NCBI GenBank assembly: GCA_033442325.1 | Contig: JAWQFM010000024.1 | Span: 219,765-283,764, forward strand | Origin: Salpingoeca rosetta | Taxonomy: Eukaryota > Protista > Choanoflagellata | Length of the DNA stretch: 64,000 bases | Direction of reading: 5' to 3' | In this document: one piece after another, positions 22,437 to 42,852 of the stretch | Layout: each line of letters begins with the position of its first letter | Numbering within the stretch: position 1 is the first letter of the stretch | Translations under genes and position numbers: made by a program | Notes under the pieces: generated by a model | Database searches by the model: none | What the model saw: the letters and a program-made list of their open reading frames with translations, nothing else | Told to the model about the DNA's origin: nothing

Positions 22437-24063
22437 ATGAAGCTGCTTGTGCTGGCTGCTGCTGCTGTCGCGGCGCTTGCCGTGATGACAACCGTCTCTG
22501 CTGCTCCCACCCCTTCTGCCATGACCTTCGAAGAGGTGTGCATGTGTGTGTGTGTGTGTGTGGGTGGGTGTGTGTGTGGGTGTGGGTGTGGGTGTGGGTG
22601 TGTGTGTGTTGGAGTGTCGATGCGTACTATATTGCGGTGCATGTGTGTGTGTGTGTGTGTGTCAACTTGCGGTGCATGTGTGCGTGTGTGAATGCGCTTC
22701 TCCTGAATCACGTCTGTCATCCCTGTCCACCGCCCTCACAGCGCGTCGCAGCCACTCGCACCCCCTCACACGCCCTCGCATGTGTGCATGCGTAGTTCAA
22801 AGACAAGTACAACAAAGTGTATGAGAGCGCCGAGGAGGAGGCACGCCGGGCGGCCATCTTCCAGGAGTCCCTAGACTTTATTGAGAAGCACAACGCCGAG
22901 GCCGCTGCTGGCATGCACACGTATCTGGTTGGGGTGAACGAGTTTGCCGACCTGACGCGTGAGGAGTTCCGCCAGCACCACGTCACGCGCCTGCCATTTG
23001 ACGACGACAAGCGCGACCCCGTCACCGCAACGCTGCACTTGGACGAACACGCCGTCCACGCAGCCGACAGCAACGGCGACAGCAGCGGCATTGACTGGCG
23101 CAAGCGCGGGGCCGTCACGCCTGTGCGCAACCAGGGCCAGTGCGGCAACCCGGCCATCTTTGCCGCGGTGGAGGCCGTGGAGGGCATGCACGCCATCTCC
23201 AGCGGCAACCTTGTCGAGCTCTCCACTCAGCAAGTGATTGACTGCTCCGGCACACCGGGCTGCAGCGGTGGCTCCCTCGTCTCGTTCTTCAAGTGCGTTT
23301 CGTAGACTTTGCGTCCCCACGCTTGTTTGCGCGCGGGGGTGTGTGCATGTATGTATGTGTGCGTGTGTGCGTGTGTGTGTGTGTGCGTGTGCGTGTGCGT
23401 GTGCGTGTTTGTGCGTGTTTGTGCGTACGTGTGTGCCTGTATGTTGGCTTGAATGTGAGTGTCCAAGCATCTCTCTATCTCTCTCTGTTTCTCCCTGTGT
23501 GACTGCGCGTGCCCACACGCGATGTACACATAGCCGTGCTTGTGCTGCGCTGCCACACCCACCAGCTTCCTTGCACCAACACCACCAACCACCAACCAAC
23601 CACCACTGCCACCAGGTACATTGCGCGAAACGGCGGCCTCGACTCTGCTGCAGACTACCCCACCTCTGGCGCCGGTGGTCAGTGCAACAAGGCAAAGGAG
23701 GCACGCCACGTGGCCAAGGTTGGCGGATACAGCGTGGTCCCGCCCCGCAACGAGACCAAGCTTGCCGCGGCCGTGTTCAAGATGCCCGTGGCCGTGGCCA
23801 TCGAGGCAGACACGCCCTCGTTCCAGATGTACACGAGCGGGGTGTACTCGGGCCCGTGCGGCACGCAGCTGGACCACGCGGTGCTGGTCGTCGGCTACAC
23901 GGACGAGTACTGGATTGTCAAGAACAGCTGGGGAGCCTCCTGGGGTGACCAGGGTTACATCATGATGAAGCGCGGTGTTGGCGCCGCTGGTATCTGCGGC
24001 ATCACGCTCGATGCCATGTACCCGACGGCCACCAACGCCACCGTCGCCACCCTCCACCTCTAA
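22437..24063 (+). CDS. Papain-family (C1A, cathepsin L-like) preproprotein; catalytic Cys replaced, predicted non-peptidase homolog
   Basis: Signal peptide, then I29 prodomain (EEEARRAAIF...IEKHN, GVNEFADLT). Mature domain IDWRKRGAVTPVRNQGQCGNPAIF, LSTQQVIDC, LDHAVLVVGY and YWIVKNSWGASWGDQGY. Three exons. Confidence 0.92.
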
Positions 24064-24849
24064 TGTGCTCGCCTGCTTGCTGCCATCGTCTGCTGCAGTG
24101 CCGTTGTCCCGCGCCGTGGCACATGTTAACTCAGTGCCATGTTGCTGAGCCGTCGTTCGTGCTCTTGACACCTGTTTGCGTGCTGCTGTCACTACCTGCG
24201 TGCACCGTGCTGAAGCGCCTGCGTTGTGAAATGCCTGCCTTGCGTTATGTTGCGTGCACACGCGCATACACAGCGTCCTCCTCTTCCTCCCTTGTTTGCC
24301 CAAGTTCCTTTTTCGCAATGTCACACAGCCATGCTCTGCATGTTGGGCGACTGTCTTCCCATGCCCGCCCTCTCTCTGTTCTCGCGTTACACACACGTTG
24401 CAGTTGCGATGTCGTTACAATCGCACCATCGTTTATCCGACCAATGCACACACCAACAGAACTGCTGCTCAGATACGAGTGGCGGGTGGTGGCGGGGAGG
24501 GGGAGGGGAGCCAGGAGCGCATCTCACATCAGTCAGACAGTGCCGAAGATATATGTGAGATACATGTGAGTGAGTGAGAGAGTGAGAGAGAGCTGGTCCA
24601 TCCGAGCTTGCTTGCTTGCTTACTTGAAGCATCCGTGATCGCATCCTTGCCTGCTTTTCTGTTTGGTGATTGAGAAGTGCAACAGCGAAAAACAGCACTG
24701 GCGCCGACATGTCGTCGGCATGCGCATTCGCCCACAGCTGCCTGCTCCCAGGACAACCGTGCGAGCCATGCAGTGGAAATGGCGATGGTGATTGCGGTGG
24801 CGGTGCAACGCAGCATCACGGCATATGCTGCAACGGTACTGTCCCCATG

Positions 24850-25785
24850 TCATCGCTCAGCGCCATGGTTGAGCACGTCTCCGAGGGCGAGGCGTCCATC
24901 GCCGTTGCCGTCCAGCATCGAGAACGCAGTCGCCAGCATTGCCGGTGGGAGGTGCGGCGCGCACTGCAGTGATTGTGGAGACGCAAAGGTGAATCAGGGT
25001 ATGCACTTGCGAGCGGACAATAAGAAGCAAGGGGTGCAAGTCGGGTGGGCAAAACCCAACTCCACCAATCATCTTCCTCTCCGTGTTCATTCAAGCATTC
25101 ACAAACATAACACGCACGCACATCATGTAAAATAAAGCATTCTCCCACACAGACACACAGACACACAGACACAGACACACAGACAGACAGACACAGACAT
25201 ACACACACATATCGTGCAAAACATTCTCTCACGCATTCGCCAAGCCCCCCCTCCCCACTCTTACGCGCACGTCATGTACAGCATTCTCCCACGCATTCCC
25301 CCAAGCCCATCCCTCCCCACTCTTACGCACACCGCGCGCCCACTTCTCGTCGCATACTTGTGAGGCGGCGTGAACGAGATCGGATGGTTCGAGAAAGCCC
25401 TTGCCAGTGGTGTCAAGCGCAGAGAAGGCGTGGTGTTGCAGGTTGTTGCCAGTGGAGAACCAAGACGGTGGCAGCTGCGCCACGATGCGCCGCGCGTCCG
25501 AAGATGTCACCCCGGATGGATGTGCAGCCAGCACGGCATCCAGCGTGTGGACGCTCACGTCAAACCCGAGCAGTGCCAGAAAGAACAGCCCCACATCCGC
25601 TCGGTTCTCCAGCCGGCCTCCATCCCCGGCAACCAGCGCAAACGCCTTTGCAAGTCAGGTGTGTGTGTGTTGTGTGTGTGCATGTGTGTGAGCATGTGTG
25701 TATATAAGGGGAGTCAAGTGAGGAGGCGGGTCGAAAGAGAGAGAGAGAAAGAAAGAAATAGAAGCACACACACACACACACACAT

Positions 25786-25825
<40 letters not shown>

Positions 25826-25926
25826 ATCTGCACACACACGCATCTCACAGCCAACCGTATCCGCCGTTGCCGTTTGTGTTTGGAACGGCGATGCCATTGT
25901 GGCGGATTTGTGAATGACTTGCACAT
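24850..25926 (-). CDS. EF-hand calcium-binding protein, EFCAB11-like; three exons
   Basis: Spliced ...RIRLA|AFALVAGDGGRLENRADVGLFFLALLGF...HAFSALDTTGKGFLEPSDLVHAASQ|CAPHLPPAMLATAFSMLDGNGDGRLALGDV. Two C-terminal EF loops (DTTGKGFL, DGNGDGRL) are clear. The start codon is uncertain. Confidence 0.65.
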
Positions 25927-25976
25927 ATTTTCGCTCTGACAAACCAACCACCACAAATACAACAACAGCGCCAAAG

Positions 25977-31162
<5,186 letters not shown>

Positions 31163-31233
31163 GCACACGCCACGAAGCAATCCCACTCGCACGCTTCCCA
31201 ATCACTGTCATGTAGTCGCCCAAACGACTCCCC

Positions 31234-31271
<38 letters not shown>

Positions 31272-32661
31272 CATGCATAACACACACCCACACACACACA
31301 TGTACACGCATCCATCACATCACGTTGCTGCATTGCTTTTCGTTTACTTGTTTCTTGAACTGTCATTGGCAGAGCAACGAGAGAGATAAAAATAAGCAAA
31401 AAGCGAACAAGGTGGCAAGCAAGCCACACCAACAGAGCAGTGCTTGCACGCATGTACACAGGGCACAGTGCGCAAGGCACACGCAATGTCTGTCTGTCTG
31501 CACAAAGTAGGATGAACACGGATGCGTGGGATGGCAAGCTTGGGTGGTGAAGTGAGCTGATACAGCAATCCAAACAAAGACAGGGGGGAAGAACACGACA
31601 ATGCGGAGCCGCATCAGGGAGAAAGCTATGAATGACATAAAGCACAAAACGAATATGCATTGCCTTAGAGATGCTGATTAATCATGCACATGCACAGTTC
31701 ATGGCCATCACTGCAGGTGTGGGACAGAGTGGAGGGAGGGGGGCTGCGTAAGCCTCGAAAGAGCGAGGATACAACATGCCCTCGCCACGCCCACGCCCAC
31801 GCCCACGCCAGCAACATGCAAGTGACGGAACACCAGAACTGAGCAAGCGCGTGCACTGAAAACAGCAGACGAATGGCGAGTGCCCGCCAGTGCTCCGAGC
31901 AAGCAAGCAAAGAAATCAAAGCCAGCTTGTTTGCTTGCTTGCTGTCGTTGGAGGCGGCTGAGGGGGCAAGAGCGCCAATACGTGCGTGATCAGGCTGATT
32001 AAATGACTGGAAGGGAAACAAGAGTCAACATGTGGCGATGTGGTGAGAATCGCGCGCATGCAACAGGCGGTGAACTGTGCCAGCACAACCGCAAGACTTC
32101 CAGCTGCTTAGGGGGGAGGGTAGGGGGTTGAATAAGGGTGTCGTGTGCACGTGGAAGCGGAAGGGGGGAATTAGGGTGCGCAGTGAATGCTGCTGGTGCA
32201 CAAGTGCACGCAAACGAGGACCGAGCGCCGTAAACATCCACACACGGCAAGCACACACACACACACACAAGGGGTGGCGGGAAGCACAGCAAATAGCAAC
32301 ATGCCTTGACACGAGGCAGTGGGGGGGGGGAATGAAAATGGAAGAAGTGATCTACAACAGAAGAGCCGCAGCGACGAAAACGGACACACGAGCGCCGTCT
32401 TCGCGCATTGTGGGATGGGCGGCGAGGCGGTCTTGGCTGCGACAAACAAATAGACACGCAGCAAAGGGCAATGAATGGCGCCGGAGACAACGGCCATAGA
32501 AAAAAAAGGTGTTAAGAAGGGCGTAAGAAGCAGAAGGCGTATTGACAACTACATCGTGTTGACATACAAAGGAGGAGCGGGCTGACAAAGGAAGAAGAAG
32601 GGGAAGGGACAGTCATCGTCGTCGTCGTTGTTGTTTGACTGTTGTGGTGGGGTGTTGTTGT

Positions 32662-35449
32662 TTAGGCGCAGGTGGCTGTTGGCCATGGGGTGACAATGGC
32701 GGCAGCAGCAGCTGCTGCAGCAGAGGCGGCCTGGGCCTGCTCGGAGGTGGTGGTGGGCTGCTCCGGCGCGGTGTCATGGGAAACAATGGGTGCTGCCGGG
32801 GCGGACGACGGGTAGAGCAAGCGCGGCAGCTCGTCTGCACGGTCGATGATGACGTCCGTGTAGTTGGAGAGCTGGTCTCGCGTGCATGCGCCAGAGAGGA
32901 CGGCAACGCCGAGGCCGAGGTTCGCGTTGCGGGCGAGCAGGAGGTCGGCAAGCGTGTCGCCGACGACGGCGCACTTGTTCCTGCGCAGCTGCAGCTTGTG
33001 GACAATGTGGTCGGCCGCCTCGGCCTGGGGCTTTGGCGCGAACATGTCCGAGCCCGTGACCAGGGCGTCGACGAGGTGCAGCACGCCCAGATCAGCGAGC
33101 ACGAGCGTGGTCACGTCGCGGTCGTCTGCAGTGACAATGGCCACCTTGGTGCCGTGGTCCTTGAGGGTGGAAAAGAGGGCCTGGACGTCAAAGAGCGGCG
33201 TCTGGTGGGCGGCGAGGTCAAGGTCCGCACGCCAGGCGCACACCGTGGACGACGCCTCGTGGTACTTCATGCCCGTTTCCCGGCTCAACTGCACAAACCA
33301 ACACAAGCAGGAAGAAGAAAAAGATGGAAACAAACGGCAAGGGGGGGGGAGACCGGAGAGGAAAGAAGTCAAGGAAGGAGGGAAGGAATGACCAAAGGAG
33401 AACAGCAGCGGTTGAGGTGAGTTGACGATCACACAAGGCATCGCAATAATGGGCACCAAGCACACCACACCAGGCCCCCTCGAGTGTGTATGGGTGTGGT
33501 CTTGTCTCTCCACATCCTGGCCATTGTCATGAGGGATGTGGGGGGAACAGAAAAGAGGAAGGCCCAATGTGTGGTGCGGTTGTTTGAAATGTGGGTGGCG
33601 AAAAAGTGGGGAAGTTGTGTGATGGGTGGTGTTGTTGTTGGTGCTGTTGTCGACAGAGAAAAGAGAGAAAGGAAGAAAGAAAAAAGGGAAGGGTGCGGCA
33701 TGCGTTGTGCCGGCCTACCGTTGAGCAGAAATGCACAAAAGGAGCACAACACTACTCTCGCAACCCTCGCCCGCCCGCCACAACACAGGCGAGCTGCGTG
33801 TGTGCGGTGCCAACGCAAAAACGTCAAGCGGGCTACAAACGGGGGGAGGACCCCCCCCCCCGCGGCCGTTGGGAACAAAGGAGAACAGCGGGTTGCCCCA
33901 GCCATTTCCTGATCCGCAGGCCAAGCCACGACAAGCCGACCGCAGTTGCTTCGCACCACCACGCACACCACAAAGGGATGAACGGTGGGTGGCACCAGCG
34001 GAGGCGGGCAAGGGCGCGAGAGCAAGTGCGTCCGCATTCCATGCAACCAAAGGTGCATGGTGTTAAACGCACACAGAGCGTGCGTGTGGCATCTTATGGT
34101 TGATGTGGTGCAACAATGAACCAAGCCAAACACCAGACTGGGAGGGCGTGCACATATCAACGAGCGAGAGGCAAAATATCATCTTCGTTTGTCTCTTTTC
34201 CCAGTTGTGCGTGTTGCGTGTTGCGCGTGTGTGTACCAAACACAAGCCAAACACCAACCTTCCTCATTCCCACCCACCAGTCACACAATAAAGTGCACAC
34301 ACGTTGTCTTGGTGTCTTGTCATCATCCTCATCATCGTCACCCTTCATCATCATCATCAACAATCATCGCCCCTTGCTTCATGTCGTGTGTTGAGTGTTG
34401 TGCTGTGTTGGGATGTGCGTGGCTTCGATACCTCAAGAGAGACGGAGTCGTAGATTTCCTTCCAAGGGCGCATGGCGAGGATGCCGTCACCAGAGACTTG
34501 TCCCGTGCTTGGATCCACGCGCAGCAGGTCAAATAACCTGGAAAAAAAGGGGAGGGGAGAAATAGAGGGGAGGCGGAGCAACAACCAGACAGATAACACG
34601 TGAGAACACGTGATTTTGTGTGCGTGCGTGTGTGCGTGTGTGTGGAGAAAGGGAAGTGCACGCAAAGACATGAAGGAGGCACGAAGGGAGACGAAAAAAA
34701 GGAAGAGGCCCATGAGGCCCATCCACGAGGCCATGAGAATAACACGCACCCGATAGCCACCCGACGAGACACCACCGATCTCTCAAGAAAACTCACTTGT
34801 TCTTTGCGTCGGCGCCGCAGTGCTGCTCAAAGTGGTAGCCAATGACCGAGGTCCACTCTGCGTAGACGCGCGTCTGGTCGACGAGCGTGCCGTCCTTGTC
34901 GAAGATGACGGCGTCCCACTCCTCGTTGCTGCCGTGGAGGATGGAGTGGTCGAAGCGCGTGTTGATCTTGAGCGGGGATGGGCCGCGCGGCGCGGGCTGG
35001 CCAGGACTGCTGCCGTTGGCAGCGGGAGCTGTTGTGGCGCTGCTATTGCTGGCGCCGATGGCGGCCGATGATGATGCGGCCGATGCAGACACGCTGCCCG
35101 GCGCCAGCTGGGAGCGGGCGAGGCGCGAGGCGCGGGCAGGCCTACTTGACGACCACGCGCCCAGCACGGGCCGCGTCTTATTGGAGAAGGCGCGGCGGTG
35201 ACTCACCGGGGCGGTGGTGGTGTTGGTGGCGGTGGGCGCTGTGGCTGGTGACGTGGCTGAACTTGATGTGGGCACACAGGCTGAAGAGGAGGCGGGTGCT
35301 GTTGCACGTGCTGATGAGGGTGCCGCTGTTGCTGGGGCTGCCGTTGATGTTGAGGTGGAGGAACTTCTTCGCGCCAGCGCAGCCAGGATGGTGGAGGACG
35401 ACTGTCTCGCACTACTTCTGGCCGTGGCCGTGCCCAACATTAGCATCAT
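32662..35449 (-). CDS. HAD-superfamily phosphatase (phosphoglycolate phosphatase-like) with a long Ser/Ala/Arg-rich N-terminal extension, possibly mitochondrial targeting
   Basis: Motif I VIFDKDGTL, motif II VAIVTAD, motif III PKP and motif IV VVGDTLADL...GVAVLSG. Exons at about 35449-34798, 34537-34432 and 33288-32662. Confidence 0.85.
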
Positions 35450-36524
35450 ATTGAAGGGTTGTGATGGGGATCAAGGATGGATGATGATGATGATGTCGTG
35501 GTGATGACGATGGGACGAGGAGGAGAAGTGCCACAAATACAACAACCAAGGGGGAAATGGCCTGTTTGTTTGTGTTGTTTTGTGTGGATTTGATTGAGGA
35601 GACAAAGTAATGCGCTCGAGGGCTGGTTTGGTGCAGGGAAGGAATGGATTGGATTGGGGGGGGGGGTTGCTTATGATTGTGGTCGGGCTAAACTTTGCTT
35701 GCCGCTGCTGGCTGTCGTTGTGATGATGATGATGATGATGGCGATGATGGCTGGCGTGGTCGTGCTTGTGTCATGCATGCGACAAGCCCCTTGCTTGCTT
35801 GTTGCTTTGTTTGGTTTGCTTTGAGCTCGTTGGGGTTGGAGAGGAAAATGGACCGGACAAGGAGAACGCACCAAACCCCTGAGGTGTTTTGCGAGGGATA
35901 CGCCCGGCCGATACACGTCGCTTGCTGTTTGTTTTTGTTCTTCCTTTGCTTCTTTCTTCTTCTTCTTGTTGCTTCCTTTTCTTGTTGCTTCTTCCTCGTT
36001 GCTTCACTTCTTCTGTTTGGTTGCTGCCGTTGGCGGGAGGGGGGTGTTTGAATGGTTCCAGGCTGTTTTTTGCGCCTCCACCGATTCTGCGTCACAAGAA
36101 GCACAAGGGCAGCCTTCGCGGTTCCGAAATAATTGTAAAAAACAGCACAAAGCGTAGCATGGATGACTCATCGATTTTTTGTTGATGTCAGCGAAAAAAT
36201 GGCTTGGTGGGCTGGCTTGACATGAGACATGACTCACCAACGACAACCAAGCGACAGAAAAGGCGCATTTGCGTTGTTCGTGCAGAAGAAGAAGCCGAAG
36301 CCAGACGAACGAGCGAGAGCGACACAGCCAAACACACGACAGACACACGACAGACACAGACACAGACACAGAAGGAGGGATCGAGTGATTCCACAGCACA
36401 GGCAACAAAAGGCAACAAACAAAGACCGCCAAGCACAGGCATTGCGTCGCAGACGGGGGAACAAGGAAGAGCGCTTGCTTCACATCACATCATATTTTTT
36501 TGACATCGACAACAAACCGCGACA

Positions 36525-38598
<2,074 letters not shown>

Positions 38599-38955
38599 TG
38601 ATGGCGTTGATAAATTTCGTGCAGACCGTACGTGTGGTGTGTCTATGTGTGTGTGGTGTGTGTGTGTGTGTGACTTTCAGTCGTACACATGCGTGCTGCC
38701 GCTTCATCTCTTTCAAGCTGCTGACAACCACACTATTCCCCTGTTCGTACACGTGTCAGAGACAGAGACAGAGAGGGCGTGGGTTTGTAAATGTGTGTGT
38801 ACGGGTGCATGGGTGTGGGTAGTTGTCTACATGAGGCGTTGTACTGCGTTTGTGTTGTGTTGTATGTGCATGCATTTCTTTTTGTCCCTTGCTTGTGTTT
38901 TCATGAGCATCGAATGAGCGACCCCAACAATCAACAAAGCAAGTCAAAGCAAAAG

Positions 38956-38994
<39 letters not shown>

Positions 38995-39441
38995 GTACAC
39001 ACACACGTGCACACACACACACAAGACACACACACACACACAAGACACACACACACACAAGACACACACAAGACACACACACACACACACAAAAGACACA
39101 AGACATCACAGTTGGTCGGAAAATTAATCGGAGATATTGCAAATTGTCTACTTCTCTGGCAATTGCTCATCAACACACACCGCCACGACGACAACAACGA
39201 AGAAGCCAACAGGCAACACAGACAGGCAGCTTGTGATTGCACAGCCAAGCAGCAGACAGGAGGCAGCCAGCAGCGAGCGAGACACGGAGCGTGGTCAAGG
39301 GTTGCTGTGCCTGTTCTTCGTGTTGTGACGCGCCTTGTGGACACAGACAAAGAGAGACAGGCTCACGTGCCGGATAGGGAGAGCAAAGGAACGACGACAA
39401 GCGAACCAACGTGCCACTATTCTGAGCAGAGCGAGAGCATC

Positions 39442-40961
39442 ATGGAGACGAGCCGAATCAGCAGCGCCGGCGGCAGCAGCCGTCCTCCTCAGCCGACATT
39501 TGTGCAAATCAGCCCATCGTCGCACCTGACCTTCGACGGTAAAGGAAGTAAGTTCATCAAGGGGCTCAGATCAACAGAAAGGCGAAGGATTTGTGTGCAT
39601 GCATGCCTGTAATCATGGTTGCATGGTGTTTGTGAATGCGGAACAGGCTGGTTTTGTGGACATGCTGCTGAGATGAAAGTCCAAGCCTTTTGTGTGTGTG
39701 TGTGTGTGTTGTGTGTGTGTGTGTGTGTGTGCGTGTGTGTCCATGGATTTGCTTGAGGAAGACGCTTTCATCTCACCTCACACGTTTGCTTGGCTGTTGT
39801 CAATTTGCCAGAACCTGAGCGCATGGTCAAGAGCAACTTCACACTCAAGAACCTCACAGACGGCTATGTCATCTTCAAGGTCAAGACCACCCGCCCTCAC
39901 TCCTACTGCGTGCGCCCAAACTCGGGCGTCCTCAAGGCCGCCGAAACCGCCCAGATTGAAGGTGCGTGCGTGTGTGTGTGCGTGTGTGTGTGTCTGTGTG
40001 TGCGTGTGCGTGTCGTGTGTGTGTGCGTGTGTCTGTGTGTGTCGTGTGTGTGTGTGTGTGTGCATGCAGCTGTAGGGGGTTTGGCCAAGCGTGACCTGAC
40101 ATGTACCTGTATGTGCACTCACCACAATCACTGCCATCTGATGCACCGCTGTCACCGTCTCCTCCGTGCCCACGTTGGGGCGCTGCAGTGATCATGCAGT
40201 CGTTTGAGAACCTGCCAGAGGAAGCGCCCAAACACAAATTCCAAGTGAGCGCCTGTGTGTGTGTGTGTGTGTGTCTGTATGTCTGTCTGTATGCATGTAT
40301 GTGTGTCTGCCTGTTTTCCTTCATGGATGGATTGCTTGTGGGTGCGTGCATGCATGTGCATGAATTGGCATATGTGTTCTGTTGCGGGCGTTGGCATTAT
40401 GGGAAAGAGCGTTGGTGGTCCAAACTTGCATCTCATTGCCACGCTGTTCCTTCCCTGTCACCGTCACAGATCCAGGCTGCCCGTGTGGACGATGAGCCTG
40501 ATGATGTGACAACCGCGGTGTGTATCTGCCTGTGTGTGACCGTGTGCATCTCTCTCGTTGTGTGTGTGTGTGTCTGTGTCTGTGTGCATCTCTGTGTCTT
40601 TCAGTGTTCTGTGTTCTGTGTTGCGTGGTCCTGAGTGATTGAATGTTTTTATGCCCTGCTGTATGCACCCTTGAGAGCTCACACAAATCCCTCCCTCCAA
40701 ACGCCTCCCTCTCCTCCGTGTCTCCACCGGCCCGTGCAGTGGAAGCAGATTGACGGGACAAAGGCATCCGCGGTGCAGGACCGCCGCCTCAAGTGCGAAT
40801 GGCGAAACGTCGTCCTCCCAGACGGTACCCACTCCCCACACGACACACGCACACACTCACACGCACACACTCACTCAAACGATACTCACTCACACACTCA
40901 CACACTCACACTCAACACCACACGTCTGGGCTCCCAATGGGCGTGGCTGTGTGTGTGTGTG

Positions 40962-40994
<33 letters not shown>

Positions 40995-42012
40995 GCGTGC
41001 ATCAGTTTCCCCTCCCAAGCCATCTCACCCCACCCCTCCCAACACACCTGCTTCCCAATACACCTGCTTCCCAACACACCTGCTTTGAATCTCAGGTCGG
41101 CTCTTCAACGAGGGTGGCCCTGCACACCCGCAGCCGCACATCCCACGCACCCAGTCCCCAACCTCCTCCTCTTCTACACAACGCAAACAGGTGGGGTGAC
41201 TAAAAATGTGTGTGTGTGTGTCTGTGTGTCTGTGTCTGCGTCTGTTTCTGTGTGTCTGTGTGTTGTGTTCTGTCCATCTGCCTGGCTGTCTGTCTGTGAG
41301 GCTTGTCTGACTGTCACTGGTGCGCTTGTTTGCGTGGTGCAACAACTGCATGATGTGATTGCGTTTTTTCCTCATACGTGCGCTGTCTTTCGTTTCTTCG
41401 CATTTGCTGTTGCCTTGCAGGCACAAGCTGACGTAAGCCATGCTGACAATGCAGCGTGTAGACACCAACACCGCAAAGGGCTTGTCCGTGCATCTACATT
41501 TACTATCGCTGTGCTCGCCTGTCAACCTGCATTTGCCACGCATCACAGCACCTCACACACCACACCACACCACACCACACCACACACCACACCACACCAC
41601 ACCACACCACACCACACCACACCACACAACCATGCTGCAGGCGCCTGTTGCAACGACTGCTCGCCGCGCCGCCGCTGCCGCCAGTGAAGCGGCGGCGAAG
41701 AAGACGGACGCAGACGCAGATAAGCAGGCCGCCGACAGCAACAAGCCCACGCCATCCACCACAACCTCCTCCTCCTCCTCTACTGCCAAGCCAACGTCGA
41801 CCTCTGCTACAAGCAAGCCCAAGGACACGACAACGGCTGCCGGCACGACCGTTGCCAAGAAGACGCCATCAACAACAACAACACCAGCGTCGTCGTCGTC
41901 GACATCAGGAGCCGGTGCTGACATCGCTGGGAAGAAGGGCACGATTGCGAACCTGGTGCTGCTGCTGCTTGCGTTTGTGCTCGGCGTCCTAGTTGGCCAT
42001 TACGTCTTCTAG
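39442..42012 (+). CDS. VAP: VAMP-associated protein (VAP/Scs2): MSP domain plus C-terminal TM anchor
   Basis: VAP signature FKVKTTRPHSYCVRPNSG, KHKFQ|IQ and RRLKCEW, a Thr/Ser-rich linker, and a tail anchor IANLVLLLLAFVLGVLVGHYVF*. Confidence 0.92.
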
Positions 42013-42517
42013 TTCCCCGCGCTCTCTCTCTCGCGCCGAATTGCTTGCTTGCTTGCACTCACGCATTGCTTGTGACGCCCTTGCCTTGCATGCACGCTTC
42101 GTGGGTTGTTCTTGCTGCTGCTGTGTGTGTGTGTGTTCCTCGTGGTTGGCTGCTGTCCGTTGTATTGGTGGCTGTGTCGTTGATTGTGTGTGGTGGTGTG
42201 GTGGGTGTTGCTGGTGGTGGTGTTCTTCTCCTTTCTTCTTCTTCTTCCTTTTCCCTTTTTCCTTTTTCCTCGCACCTTGTTGCTCTTCCGTGTTGTTTGC
42301 ACCGACAACAACAACAACTGAACTAGTCAGAGAGAGCATAATCGTGTGCATGTACGCGCACGAGGTGGGTGGATGAGGCAGTGGATGGTGGTGCTGGTGT
42401 GCTGGTGTAAGGCAATGACCTTCGGCCAAGAAGCCAAGCAAGCAAAGCAAAAGAGGAGGGGGAGCACAGAAGAACAGCAACAAGAAGCAAGCCACATTGG
42501 TCAAAACCACACATTCT

Positions 42518-42691
42518 GCAACGAGATGCCAAACAATAAGAACGCCCCGTGCAGTTGCACCAAGAACCACCATTGATTGCGTCGAGGTGTGCCACTCAGT
42601 TTAAGATTTCGTCATTGCCACAACAAGAACCAGCGCGCCATATTTTTCCCCGCCACAAATCCAAAAACCGTTGCCGTTTGGCAGCAAGCGA
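42518..42691 (+). repeat. Left terminal inverted repeat (174 bp)
   Basis: gcaacgagatgccaaacaataagaac...ttgccgtttggcagcaagcga. Confidence 0.95.
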
Positions 42692-42803
42692 ACGCAAGCA
42701 CAAACATGGTGTCGGGAACAACGCAGGGAAAGGAACTCGCACAACAGTGACTCGTGAACGCGCGTGTGTGCGTGCGTGTGTGCGTGTGCGTGTGCGTGTG
42801 CGT

Positions 42804-42850
<47 letters not shown>

Positions 42851-42852
<2 letters not shown>

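Noticed and set aside
22437-24063. Calling the cathepsin-like gene a silicatein or a pseudogene
   Set aside because: Silicatein has Ser at the catalytic position, whereas this has Pro. The frame, splice sites and other motifs are intact, so there is no sign of decay.
20082-24396. Long antisense ORFs (20082-21614, 21409-22491, 23227-24396)
   Set aside because: Shadows of GC-rich coding exons of the kinase and cathepsin genes, extended through repeats.
31200-32600. Possible gene between the M60-like and HAD genes
   Set aside because: Only short, low-complexity ORFs with no motif or consistent exon chain; probably convergent 3' UTRs and intergenic DNA.
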